Assembly (NCBI GenBank): GCA_963727635.1
Contig: CAVSHP010000024.1
Span: 68,818-132,817, forward strand
Direction of reading: 5' to 3'
DNA from: an uncultured Gammaproteobacteria bacterium
GTDB taxonomy: Bacteria > Pseudomonadota > Gammaproteobacteria > Xanthomonadales > SZUA-36
Length of the DNA: 64,000 nucleotides
A program made the translations under genes and the position numbers. This document shows, piece after piece, positions 31,425 through 40,633 of the stretch (positions are counted from its first letter, which is position 1; each line of letters begins with the position of its first letter). The notes beneath the pieces are model-generated. The model searched no databases, was not told where the DNA came from, and saw only the letters and a list, made by a program, of their open reading frames with translations.

Positions 31425-32576
31425 CTAATCTGAACGCACGTTGATCTTGACCATGTCCTGCAGTACACCATCCAGACCGCCGAAGACGGTGAGCTTGTCC
31501 ACCTTCTCGGTGATCTTTTCCAGTGACTCCAGCTCCTTCAGACGCAGCAGCACCGGGTTCTCCTCCATCAGGCGGGCGGTGTTCAGCAGAGAACGTGTCG
31601 CTGCAGTCTCTTCACGGCGCTTGATGATGTTGGCCTGTGCCGCCTTTTCGGCCTGCACGACCTGGTTGAGGATGTCCTTCATGTCACCCGGCAGGATGAC
31701 ATCCTTCACACCCACACTCTTCACCACGACACCGTATTCCGCCACCTTGTCACGGACGGTCTCATAGACCACGCGGTCCAGTTCGCCCTTTTCACCCAGC
31801 AGGGTGTCCAGGGTGCGGGTACCGATGGAGGCACGCAGTGCAAACTGCAGCTCCCGGTACAGGGTGCCGGTGATATCCACCAGCGCCTTTACCGCAGTCA
31901 CCGGATCGGTGATCTGGTACTGGGCAGCGAGGTTGGCACGCAGGCTGACCTTGTCCATGGTCAGGATCTCCTGGCCGCTCACCTCCATTGCCTGCAGGCG
32001 GGTGTCCACCTGCTCTACCTTGATGGTGCGGTTGTACTGCCAGAAGGCGTACAGGCCCGGCTCCAGGGTCTTGACCAGTTCGCCGTCGACGAACAGCATA
32101 CCCACTGACTTATCCGCCACTTCTACCGGATAAACGGCAGAACGTGCGGCGTCGGCCAGTTCGCCGGCTCGCGCAAAGGCCATCAGACGAGCCAGGGCAC
32201 GCGGGATCTCGAAGTCAGAAGCAATATCCTGTACCTTGACGCGTACTTCGACCGGACCCTTCCAGTAGAGTTGACGAGTGGCCGGTGCCAGTACGGACGC
32301 CAGCTTGTCGTTCTTGTAAACAAGACCGACTTCGTACTCACCCAGTTCTACCAGCTGGAAGTACTCTTCGCACAGCGCAGGCTGATACTTGATCAGCACG
32401 TCTTCACAGTAGTGTGTGAAGGCCGGTTCAGTGATGTTGTAAACATTGACCTTTACACGGCCCAGCAGATCGAAAATCCAGTACACACCAGGCTCCAGGA
32501 CCTTCACGATGGAACGATCCTGCAGGTACAGACCACGCTCGTGCTTGGCAATTACATAACGCTTGATACCAAACAT
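31425..32576 (-). CDS. SPFH/band-7 (slipin/flotillin-like) domain protein
   Basis: 383 aa, with an extended coiled-coil C-terminus (AEKAAQANIIKRREETAATRSLLNTARLMEEN). Confidence 0.8.
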   Translation of the reverse strand: MFGIKRYVIAKHERGLYLQDRSIVKVLEPGVYWIFDLLGRVKVNVYNITEPAFTHYCEDVLIKYQPALCEEYFQLVELGEYEVGLVYKNDKLASVLAPATRQLYWKGPVEVRVKVQDIASDFEIPRALARLMAFARAGELADAARSAVYPVEVADKSVGMLFVDGELVKTLEPGLYAFWQYNRTIKVEQVDTRLQAMEVSGQEILTMDKVSLRANLAAQYQITDPVTAVKALVDITGTLYRELQFALRASIGTRTLDTLLGEKGELDRVVYETVRDKVAEYGVVVKSVGVKDVILPGDMKDILNQVVQAEKAAQANIIKRREETAATRSLLNTARLMEENPVLLRLKELESLEKITEKVDKLTVFGGLDGVLQDMVKINVRSD

Positions 32577-33004
32577 GTTTTTTCTCCTTCAAACCTGCCT
32601 CAACTTCGCTTGTGATGTTTTGAGTCCAGGTTTATGTATTTTTAATTTAAAGCTGGCGTGGCGCTTATCTGACTCGGTCCCTGCATTGCAGGGTGCCACT
32701 CCGACGCGTTACGTTTTCCTCATTACATTTCTCCTCATCTTCCGCTGTAAAAATTCATTATTCAGTGTTCGTTAAAAGAGTCACCCCCACGCGCAAGGCG
32801 CGGATGATTCCGGGACCGGTCTGTGTCCATGTGTCTGCCATGACCGGTGCGGGTGAATCAGACTTCGATCTACCTTATTCCGGTACCGGCATTCACATTT
32901 CTTCAAACCGGTTGCGCAAACATGCAAAGCACAATGCGCGCTGCGGTATTCACTCCTGTGACCTTACACATCCTGTGTTACCGCCGGGGTTTCTCCCGTA
33001 TTGT

Positions 33005-33061
33005 TGTGTGGATTCGAACCACAGGCTTTAGCCTTTACCAGTCGAGCAGCCTCCAAAGGGC
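33005..33061 (-). other. tRNA-like 3' fragment (T-arm TGTGG-TTCGAAT-CCACA plus acceptor-like tail, no CCA), immediately 3' of tRNA-Asn
   Basis: Reverse complement of 33005..33030 gives a canonical T-stem-loop. Only 62 nt separate it from the tRNA-Asn CCA end, which is too short for a full tRNA, and no anticodon arm can be folded. Confidence 0.35.
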
Positions 33062-33137
33062 TGGCGATAAGGGCAGGAGTCGAACCTGCTACATATCGAT
33101 TAACTGTCGATTGCTCTACCAATTGAGCTACCTTGCC
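33062..33137 (-). tRNA. tRNA-Asn (anticodon GTT)
   Basis: The reverse complement folds as GGCAAGG-TA-GCTCAATTGGTAGAGC-A-ATCGACAGTTAATCGAT-ATGTA-GCAGGTTCGACTCCTGC-CCTTATC-G-CCA. One C3:A70 mismatch in the acceptor stem. Confidence 0.8.
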
Positions 33138-33285
33138 GGTGTTGGTGCCTGCCCGTGTTTTGTACACACCTTGCGATCCTTTCGTAGCTTTGGTGCGCAG
33201 GCCAGGTATACAGAACCTGAACCGCTAAACACGACCACGCGTTGCCAACTCATTTGGTCAAATCGCCAGGACGATTCAACACATT

Positions 33286-33363
33286 TGGTACGCCACCCGG
33301 GATTCGAACCCGGAACCACTTGCTTCTGAAGCAAGCACCTCTGCCAAGTTGGGTTAGCGGCGC
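33286..33363 (-). tRNA. tRNA with anticodon CAG (nominally Leu) but class-I architecture (5-nt variable loop); atypical
   Basis: Reverse complement: GCGCCGC-TA-ACCCAACTTGGCAGAGGTG-CTTGC-TTCAGAA-GCAAG-TGGTT-CCGGGTTCGAATCCCGG-GTGGCGT-A-CCA. The T-loop, encoded CCA and U33 are all present. The anticodon-loop DNA is palindromic (TTCTGAA/TTCAGAA). Confidence 0.55.
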
Positions 33364-33790
33364 TTTAAATAAAACTTTTCTCAGGGCGAAAAAAAACCCT
33401 GACGGTCGAAACCAGCCAGGGTTTTCTCTTGGCTGGAAGACCTAACTCAGTCTTCCAGCCGGCATATGTTGGAAGACTAAGTCGCTATATTTTTGATGGG
33501 CGTATTGCGCCCCGCACTGTTAAGCGAATCCAGTGCATAAATAAAAGACAAACCGAGCACGAGCACATCGCGCCGCACGCGATGTGTCAGGGTTTGTTCA
33601 TTGTGTCTGTTGCGACTTTGCATTTAAAAAATCTCTAAACCATTTGTATTGGGCGGACGGATTATAGAATCGCGCGAGTTAATGTCAAGTGAAAATGACT
33701 CTCCAAATATGACACGGGTCATGGGCTCGGCACCCCCACCACGTTGATAGGGGGCCCTGCAGCCGGACGGAATAGTTGGTAACGACAGGA

Positions 33791-34591
33791 CTATAACTCG
33801 AATTTAAATGCGAGGTCCTCGGGGTACTCGCCCAATGCCACGAGTGACGTCGCCGCCCGCTGCAAGGTCGCCAGGGTCAGGCCCAAGGTACCCGGCCCGA
33901 AGCTCACCCGAGAAACCCCGAGTTGGGCGAGACGCGCGAGCGGGACAGCGCCCGGATGGCCGATCACAGAGATTCGGCCGTTCACCTGGGCCACGGCGCG
34001 TTTGACCTTGTCCTCGTCGTTCAGACCGAGAAAGAAGATCACGTCCGCACCGGCATGAAGGTAGGCGTTGGCGCGGGCGACGGCCTCTTCCCAATCACCA
34101 CCGCCGGCGAGCGTATCCACTCGGGCATTTATGACGATTGGGATGCCGCTTGCCTCGGCCCCGGCGCGGGCCGCAGCGACGCGCTCGGCGGCAGTCGCGA
34201 TGTCGTATTGTGGGGCCTTGGGAGCACCGATCGAGTCCTCGATATTGATGCCGACAATACCGGACTCCTCGATGAGGCGGCGAACGTTACGGGCCACGCC
34301 CGCGGTGTCCGGCGCATATCCCTTCTCGAAGTCGGCGGATACGGGCAGGTCGACGGCGCCGGCGATGATGCTCGCCGCATGAATCGCCTCGTCGACGGTG
34401 ATGCCTTCACCATCCGGAAGCCCGTGCGCGTTGGAAATAGAGTGGCTCGCGGTGGCCAGCGCGGTCACGCCAGGAGCCTCGGAAACGATCTTCGCGGTAA
34501 TGGCATCCCAGACGTTGACCACGATGAGAGGCGTACCGGGAACATGCAGCAAGTTCAGGAGTTCAGCCTTCTGAAGTTGAGTGGAGTTCAT
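33791..34591 (-). CDS. Isocitrate lyase/PEP mutase superfamily enzyme (carboxyvinyl-carboxyphosphonate phosphorylmutase / methylisocitrate-lyase-like)
   Basis: 266 aa: PLIVVNVWDAITAKIV...GVTALATASHSISNAHGLPDGEGITVDE...GINIEDS... GC content is visibly higher than in neighbouring DNA. Confidence 0.8.
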   Translation of the reverse strand: MNSTQLQKAELLNLLHVPGTPLIVVNVWDAITAKIVSEAPGVTALATASHSISNAHGLPDGEGITVDEAIHAASIIAGAVDLPVSADFEKGYAPDTAGVARNVRRLIEESGIVGINIEDSIGAPKAPQYDIATAAERVAAARAGAEASGIPIVINARVDTLAGGGDWEEAVARANAYLHAGADVIFFLGLNDEDKVKRAVAQVNGRISVIGHPGAVPLARLAQLGVSRVSFGPGTLGLTLATLQRAATSLVALGEYPEDLAFKFEL

Positions 34592-34698
34592 GAATTTGGT
34601 CTCCTTTGCAGGTCGGTCTTGGCGTATCCGAAAACCCGAATGTGGTGATGTAGAGAATCGCGTCTGCTTCTGTCATTCACTGTTATTACTCCACCATA

Positions 34699-34983
34699 CT
34701 ATAGCTGTGACTTGAAGTAGTTGAAGGAATGTTTGAAGGCATCGCGCACATTTTCCATCTCGGCGACCATGCTGTCCCACTTGTCTTCTCCTACCAACTG
34801 GATTTCCTCGAATTTTTTGACGGCAAGTTTGGACTGCTTGCTCAGCTTGCTCATCTCTTCCTTGTACCTGGCACGCGCATCGATCTTCGCATCCTTCGCC
34901 TTGGACTCAAGTTCACTCATCTTTGCATTCAGTTCGTCGAGTTGCTTCTTCATCTTTTCGATATATACGACTCTTTTTGACAT
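34699..34983 (-). CDS. Hypothetical coiled-coil protein (94 aa)
   Basis: Internal start MSKRVVYIEKMKKQLDELNAKMSELESKAK... with a Lys/Glu-rich heptad pattern. Upstream track ORF residues look non-coding. Confidence 0.4.
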   Translation of the reverse strand: MSKRVVYIEKMKKQLDELNAKMSELESKAKDAKIDARARYKEEMSKLSKQSKLAVKKFEEIQLVGEDKWDSMVAEMENVRDAFKHSFNYFKSQL

Positions 34984-35051
34984 GGTATTGGCTCCGGTGG
35001 TTGAAAATCGTCTGAGCCCGATTCGGCTCGCGTGATCATGTTTGTTTGATG

Positions 35052-35333
35052 TCATTGAATATGTATGGCAAGAATACACATGACATCGCTCAAGGGCTGT
35101 TCGTTGCCACACATAATCGGATGGACCGTTTCGTCGATGCTGCCGTGACACTTTTCTTTCGCCTCACGCTCGCAGAAGTGTCGCTCATCACTCCAGCGGG
35201 TTTCCGGATTCCGCGGGGTGCTGGTCACTCGCTCGGCTCCGTTGATCCCGCAACCGCCGCACAGCATCGACAGGCAAAACCACTGTGCTTTCAGCGCCAG
35301 CATAGCCAAGGGAGCGCAGTGGTTGCAGATCAA
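35052..35333 (-). CDS. Hypothetical Cys-rich small protein (9 Cys in 93 aa); could be spurious
   Basis: MICNHCAPLAM...CGGCG...CEREAKEKCHGS...MCGNE. Its start region coincides with a TIR-like sequence (35327..35346). Confidence 0.3.
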   Translation of the reverse strand: MICNHCAPLAMLALKAQWFCLSMLCGGCGINGAERVTSTPRNPETRWSDERHFCEREAKEKCHGSIDETVHPIMCGNEQPLSDVMCILAIHIQ

Positions 35334-35347
35334 GCGGGACAGCAGTG

Positions 35348-36007
35348 CTAGCGGCGTAATTTTTTGCCGGTAAGCATCGCTCTCACAAGATTTTCCTTGT
35401 GCAGGTAGCTTGAAACTATCACGCCAGAAATATGTATGAAGACCAGCAAAAGGGTCAGATTGGCTAACAGATCATGCAATTCTTCCCAAAACTCCTCCGC
35501 TTCTTCCTGACCGCCCACATCCTTATCTTCATCCTCGTCATCATCATCTGCATATGCAGCAGGAACCAGTATGCCTGTCGCCGCAATATCAGCCGTGGAT
35601 GAGCTTAGAGTTGCAAGGGGCCCGGCATTTTCCTCGATCGCATAGAGTTCAAGACCGGTGTAGACGGTGCCCAGCAAAAGTATCAGCATGAGGACGATTA
35701 CTATACCTCCTGCCGGGTTGTGACCCTCAAAGTGTTGAACCGGACCTTTGAAAAGACTTTTGAGGTACGCCCTGATCGCCGAAGGTGAATACACGAAATC
35801 ACTGAAACGCGCGTGTGCAGTACCGACAAACCCCCACACAATCCTGAATAGCACAACTGCACCCAGCAGGTAACCAGCCCAGACATGTGCAATAAGAAAA
35901 TCGTCATCGGTGAAGTAAGCGATAAAAAAGCAGGCAACCAGGGTCCAGTGTCCTATCCGTACCACCGGATCCCAAACACGGATTGTTGTTGATGGATTTT
36001 GATTCAT
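35348..36007 (-). CDS. Cytochrome b561/b-type (Ni/Fe-hydrogenase b-type cytochrome family) membrane protein with acidic loop insertion
   Basis: VRIGHWTLVACFFIAYFT... with His residues in TM helices 1, 2 and 4 in the family pattern. Unusual loop AYADDDDEDEDKDVGGQEEAEEF. Confidence 0.65.
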   Translation of the reverse strand: MNQNPSTTIRVWDPVVRIGHWTLVACFFIAYFTDDDFLIAHVWAGYLLGAVVLFRIVWGFVGTAHARFSDFVYSPSAIRAYLKSLFKGPVQHFEGHNPAGGIVIVLMLILLLGTVYTGLELYAIEENAGPLATLSSSTADIAATGILVPAAYADDDDEDEDKDVGGQEEAEEFWEELHDLLANLTLLLVFIHISGVIVSSYLHKENLVRAMLTGKKLRR

Positions 36008-36102
36008 TAAATGTGCTCCAGGTTAATCTGACGGGCTGCACTATTCACTACGGGTGTTGTTGATACAATACGTCATTTGACTGGTGGCAAAAGGTCTCCA
36101 CT

Positions 36103-36687
36103 ATGCAGACGCAGAAAAATTACCCTATGTCGAATGACGGGTTGGGGGCGCGTTTTGCGCTCGGAACGATTGCGCTGCTCGCGGCCATATTCATACTGAT
36201 CGCCTGGGACATGTTGCAGGACTATGCGGAGGGAACCGGTGGGTTTCATGTGCTGATCGAATCCACGGTGCTGATACTGGCACTCGGCGGTATCGGTTTG
36301 CTTTTGTCGCGGGTTTACCGGGAGCAGGCTTCCGCCAGAGAATTGCGGCGCGATCTGAGCGTGGTCAAGCAGGAGTCAAATCGTTGGCGCGAGGATAGTC
36401 GTATCCTGATTGAAGGACTGGGTTCAGCCGTTCAAAAGCAGTTTGTCCGCTGGGAACTGTCAGCAGCAGAATCTGAAATTGCGCTGTTATTACTAAAAGG
36501 TTTCAGTTTGAATGATGTCGCGGGGATGCGCGGGACAAGTGAAAGAACCGTGCGTGAGCAGGCACGAAACGTGTATCGCAAGGCGGGAATTTCAGGGCGA
36601 TCAGGTTTATCCGCATTTTTCCTGGAAGATCTGCTGCTGCCCCCGCAGGAAAAGGGGTCGGAGACACTGCTGTCCCACTTAAGTTGA
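36103..36687 (+). CDS. LuxR/GerE-family transcriptional regulator with N-terminal membrane domain; last 7 codons and stop supplied by the IS left TIR
   Basis: C-terminal helix-turn-helix LSAAESEIALLLLKGFSLNDVAGMRGTSERTVREQARNVYRKAGISGRSGLSAFFLEDLL. The ORF ends ...SETLLSHLS* inside GACACTGCTGTCCCACTTAAGTTGA. Confidence 0.7.
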   Translation: MQTQKNYPMSNDGLGARFALGTIALLAAIFILIAWDMLQDYAEGTGGFHVLIESTVLILALGGIGLLLSRVYREQASARELRRDLSVVKQESNRWREDSRILIEGLGSAVQKQFVRWELSAAESEIALLLLKGFSLNDVAGMRGTSERTVREQARNVYRKAGISGRSGLSAFFLEDLLLPPQEKGSETLLSHLS

Positions 36688-37940
36688 ATGAAAAAGGCCT
36701 GAAACTCGTTGTTTTTGTTACAATGTGTTTACCGCTAAACCATTGAAAACAAGAGGAGAATCAGGCCATGTCTTACAATAATAGCGTACTTTCCCAATTA
36801 CTGAAATTACTACCGAGACATGAATTTGAAAGACTGGCAAATCGTCATGACGGCAAGCGTCGCAGCGATGCCCTGTCACGCTGGTCGCAGTTTGTAGCAC
36901 TGACCATTGGCCAGCTGGGTGGCCGCCGATCGCTGCGCGACATCGAGTCAACGATCCACTCTCAAGGACGACATCGTTACCACCTGGGTAGCCAGAGCGA
37001 TCAGTCGTTCAGGCTTAAGCCGGGCCAACGAGCAGTTGGATTATCGGTTCTTTGAAGGCTTGTTCCAAAGCCTGTATCAGCGTTGTACACACAACCAGCG
37101 CAGCCATGGGTTCCGCTTCAAGAACAAGTTGTTCTCGTTGGATGCTTCACTGATCGATGTGTCGATGAAAGTGTTTCCATGGGCCAACTTTAATCGCAAG
37201 AAGTCAGCTTTCAAATTACACGTGGGCCTGGATCATGATGGACTGATACCGGCCTTTGCCAGTGTCACCCGGAGCAAGGTGTCGGATATGGCGCAAGCCC
37301 GGTTGCTGGCGCTACCACGCGGTAGCGTGGTGGTTTTCGATAAAGGTTATAACAGCTATGGCTGGCATAACAGTCTGACTGAAAAGGGTATTTTCTTTGT
37401 CACCCGTATTCGTGGTAACGCTCAATACCGTGTGCTCAAACGGCAACCGGTGAGCCAAGGCAGCGGTGTCAGCAGTGATCAGACCATCGAATATACCTCG
37501 CTGCGCAAGGACATCCAGGCGCTCAAGCCGATTCGTCGGGTCGGTTATCGCGACCAGCTAACTGGCAAGCACTATGTATTTATTACTAACCAGTTCAACT
37601 GGTCAGCCAGGACCATTGCCGATATCTACAAGCAGCGCTGGCAGGTTGAGCTGTTCTTCAAATGGATCAAACAGAACCTCAAAATCAAGGCATTCCTGGG
37701 CACCAGTGAGAATGCAGTGATGACGCAAATAATGGCTGCCTTGTGTGTGTACTTGTTGCTGGCCTACCTGAAATTCCAATCGAAGATCAGCAAATCGCTA
37801 CAGCAAATAATACGCCTGCTGCAACTGAATCTGTTTGCCAGGCGGTCCCTGCTTGAACTCTTAGAACCGCCTGATCAGGGTGGGCTACCACCGCCACAGT
37901 TAACATTCAGCATGGTGCGAAATTAAGTGGGACAGCAGTG
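36666..37940 (+). mobile_element. IS4-family insertion sequence (1275 bp) with perfect 18-bp terminal inverted repeats
   Basis: CACTGCTGTCCCACTTAA (36666..36683) and TTAAGTGGGACAGCAGTG (37923..37940). Encodes a DDE transposase. Confidence 0.8.
36768..37926 (+). pseudogene. IS4-family DDE transposase, split by a frameshift near 36950..37000 (N-terminal DUF4372-like segment 36768..37055; DDE core 36907..37926)
   Basis: N-part MSYNNSVLSQLLKLLPRHEFERLANRHDGKRRSDALSRWSQFVALTIGQL. C-part contains DKGY...YKQRWQVELFFKWIKQNLKIK, typical of IS4/IS5-superfamily transposases. Confidence 0.7.
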
Positions 37941-37986
37941 GGTCGGATACATTTATCGGGGATTAGGAAGGCGGACTATCAAAGCA

Positions 37987-38031
37987 TGGTGACCAGAGGT
38001 GGAATCGAACCACCGAAAAGAGGATTTTCAG
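37987..38031 (-). repeat. Partial copy (3' half, anticodon loop to CCA) of tRNA-Phe; distal att-like repeat P1 (3 mismatches)
   Basis: TGGTGACCAGAGGTGGAATCGAACCACCGAAAAGAGGATTTTCAG, compared with tRNA-Phe 44294..44338. Followed by conserved module E1 (38032..~38170). Confidence 0.75.
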
Positions 38032-38291
38032 AAGCAGCAATCAACTTTAAATTGGTATTAAATCAGTCGCTTGTGGTGTTTGTCCGATTGAACTGTGCCA
38101 GTAAACAGCAGTAAACGCCGGTGAATTTCAGGTGGTAGTACACAATTTCGACACAATGCAATAAAAGACTTCAATTATCCGAGTATCAGCATTTTGTCTT
38201 CAAGCGGCCATGCGTTGAGCAATTTTCTGATCATCTTCAATTACCGCAAACGGTCACTTTGAGACATTAACAGCAACGAATTACAGACAAT

Positions 38292-38325
38292 AAAAACCCG
38301 CCCAAGGCGGCGGGTTTTATCTTTT
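38292..38325. terminator. Bidirectional rho-independent terminator
   Basis: AAAAACCCGCCCAAGGCGGCGGGTTTTAT: GC-rich hairpin flanked by A-run and T-run. Sits just downstream of the minus-strand gene ending at 38345. Confidence 0.7.
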
Positions 38326-38344
38326 CAGGAGCTTATTTTCCGCA

Positions 38345-38986
38345 CTAACTGCGTCTGGCCGATGTGCGAAAATGGAGTCCGGCCAAAACCAGCAAGACCA
38401 GAATTGTCACAACGAGCCCGTGGCTTGACAATGTCGGAATGGGTGTAGAGGGAGCCGCAACCACTGGTCCAGTGGACGCGAGAAGAACTGTCCTGCCCCA
38501 GTAGAGATTAAAATGGTCGATGTCTGCTGGATTTAGTGTGAGACCCGACTGGCTTCTTGTGTAGGGGCTCGTCATGACGGAGTTAGCATCGTAAGGACCG
38601 CCATCGAAAGAAACGTTGAAGCCATCTCCCGCGAGAAATGAATAATCGTCAGATCTAACATCGCTATCTATGAAGACCCAGCCACTAATCGCGTTCCCAT
38701 CAATTGCACCAGCGGGTTTATCACCAGTCTGCTCAAAGGGCACCCATGTTGTTACCGGGTTCCCCGCGCCATCCATCGGTACTAAGTACAAGAAGTTTGT
38801 CAATGATACGGGTGGTGTATACCCGGAGAAATCACCAGTGACCGTAAAGTCGAAGTCTGTAGCGGTGGAAGTGGTTACTTCCAGTGTCAGTGCCGCATTT
38901 GCCTGCACTGCTAGTAATCCAGCAATGACTAACGTTGCGGAGGCAACTATTTTTCTTAGTGATTTTTGCACGCCGAGTTTCCCCAT
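38345..38986 (-). CDS. Secreted protein with IPTL-CTERM-type C-terminal sorting signal
   Basis: Internal start MGKLGVQKSLRKIVASATLVIAGLLAVQA (signal peptide). C-terminus ...STPIPTLSSHGLVVTILVLLVLAGLHFRTSARRS has the IPTL motif, a TM helix and a basic tail. Confidence 0.55.
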   Translation of the reverse strand: MGKLGVQKSLRKIVASATLVIAGLLAVQANAALTLEVTTSTATDFDFTVTGDFSGYTPPVSLTNFLYLVPMDGAGNPVTTWVPFEQTGDKPAGAIDGNAISGWVFIDSDVRSDDYSFLAGDGFNVSFDGGPYDANSVMTSPYTRSQSGLTLNPADIDHFNLYWGRTVLLASTGPVVAAPSTPIPTLSSHGLVVTILVLLVLAGLHFRTSARRS

Positions 38987-39375
38987 CAATTTGTTGAAGT
39001 GCAGGTAGACTAGCATGACAAGCGCAAGCTTCTCAAGAACTACCCGAATCCGCCCCGCCGATCGCCACAAAGCGCTTGTCGTTGAATTGCCAGGGCAGGG
39101 TGGTGAATGCTAACGGTGCCCGTTCCGGGACGGCTAGATCCACCCAATGCTTCAGCCGCTGTCTACTAACGAGTTGAGCCAGTTCTGATGTTGACCGGTT
39201 GCTGCTTTAAGTGATGGAAGAGAGTGGCTAGCCGATTCTGCATCGTAAGCTGCCATTCATGCGGTACATAAATTCGACATAAAACAAATATTTGGGGTCA
39301 GAGTAAAGTGCCAGACTAAATCAACAGGCATCGACGAATTGTTGAGGACAAATGGGGCGAGATACCAGGTAAAAA

Positions 39376-39420
39376 TGGTGGCCAGAGGTGGAATCGAACC
39401 ACCGACACGAGGGTTTTCAG
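39376..39420 (-). repeat. Partial tRNA-Phe 3'-half copy P2, followed by conserved module E2 (39421..~39560)
   Basis: TGGTGGCCAGAGGTGGAATCGAACCACCGACACGAGGGTTTTCAG (1 mismatch to 44294..44338). Confidence 0.8.
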
Positions 39421-39800
39421 AAGCAGCAATCAATTTTAAAATGTAATTAATTCTGTCGCTTGCGGTGTTTGTCTGAATAGACTGTGCCAGTTAATGCTAG
39501 TAAACGCCGGTAAAACACGGCTGGTGGAGCACAAATCTGACACAGCGGATTACACCGGAATCTGGGCAATCTAATAAGCTGCCGTTGAGTCAAAGAATCA
39601 TGGGTGTCTGGTTTCTGTGTGGTTTCTGGCACCAGGTTCCAGAAGGTCATTCAAGTCATCGCCGGATGTGCCTTCACTGTAAGGGTGGATCTTTGCATAA
39701 CAGGCCTTCTCTTAAGGTGAAAAGGGCAATGGCCTCATTCCGCATGAGCTAGAATTATGGTCACTGGTGATCTTAACGTGTCGAAAAATACGGGAATCCA

Positions 39801-40556
39801 ATGGGTGATATGTTTAGTCTCTTTGCAGAACCGACTACATGGGTTGCGTTGGCTACATTGACGGTTATGGAAGTCGTGTTGGGTATCGACAATCTTATAT
39901 TCATTTCGGTGTTATCCAACAAACTACCGGAACAACAACGGTCTAAGGCCCGTACGCTAGGAATTGCAGCTGCTCTTGTCTTAAGGCTGGGGTTGCTTGG
40001 CACAATTGCCATGATCGTCAAACTTAGGACACCGGTGTTTGAAGTTTTTGAGCTTTCATTGTCGTGGCGCGATTTAATCCTGATTGCGGGCGGTTTGTTC
40101 CTGGTCTGGAAGGCGACCACAGAAATTCATCACTCGGTCGATCCCGATCCCGGCCCAGATCGCCTGAATCCTACCGTGGCTGTGACCAGTATGGCCGCCG
40201 TAATAGGACAAATCCTGTTGCTTGATTTGATTTTCTCTCTTGACAGTATTATCACGGCAGTTGGGATGACTCCACACATTCCGATTATGGTCATTGCAGT
40301 CATTATCTCGGTTCTTACAATGCTGCTGGCCGCAAATCCGTTGGCGAATTTCGTTCATGCCAACCCCACTATCCTGATGTTAGCCCTAGCCTTTTTGCTG
40401 TTGATAGGCACGACACTTGTCGCTGACGGTTTCGGTGCCCCCGTGGCCAAAGGCTACATCTACGCGGCGATGGCCTTTTCGGCATTTGTCGAGGGTCTCA
40501 ACATGATGGCCCGGCGTGCGCGACAGCGTAGAATTGCGCAGTCCGCTGCTTCGTGA
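39801..40556 (+). CDS. TerC-family integral membrane protein
   Basis: [23 protein letters not shown] and a second [10 protein letters not shown] repeat, both characteristic of TerC. Confidence 0.85.
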   Translation: MGDMFSLFAEPTTWVALATLTVMEVVLGIDNLIFISVLSNKLPEQQRSKARTLGIAAALVLRLGLLGTIAMIVKLRTPVFEVFELSLSWRDLILIAGGLFLVWKATTEIHHSVDPDPGPDRLNPTVAVTSMAAVIGQILLLDLIFSLDSIITAVGMTPHIPIMVIAVIISVLTMLLAANPLANFVHANPTILMLALAFLLLIGTTLVADGFGAPVAKGYIYAAMAFSAFVEGLNMMARRARQRRIAQSAAS

Positions 40557-40633
40557 GAAGTGAGAAATAGAGTGCGCGTTGAAGAAGCAGGAATTCGCAT
40601 GCTCGCCCAAACTCGATACAGAGAGCAAAACTG

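Noticed and set aside
32847-33329. ORFs of 60-160 aa covering 32693..33445
   Set aside because: They span the tRNA-Asn / tRNA(CAG) cluster and their hairpins, with no coding signal.
33370-33480. Three consecutive hairpins considered as a rho-independent terminator for the PEP-mutase gene
   Set aside because: None is followed by a proper T-tract on the minus strand. They are kept only as an unexplained structured region in the tRNA-cluster finding.
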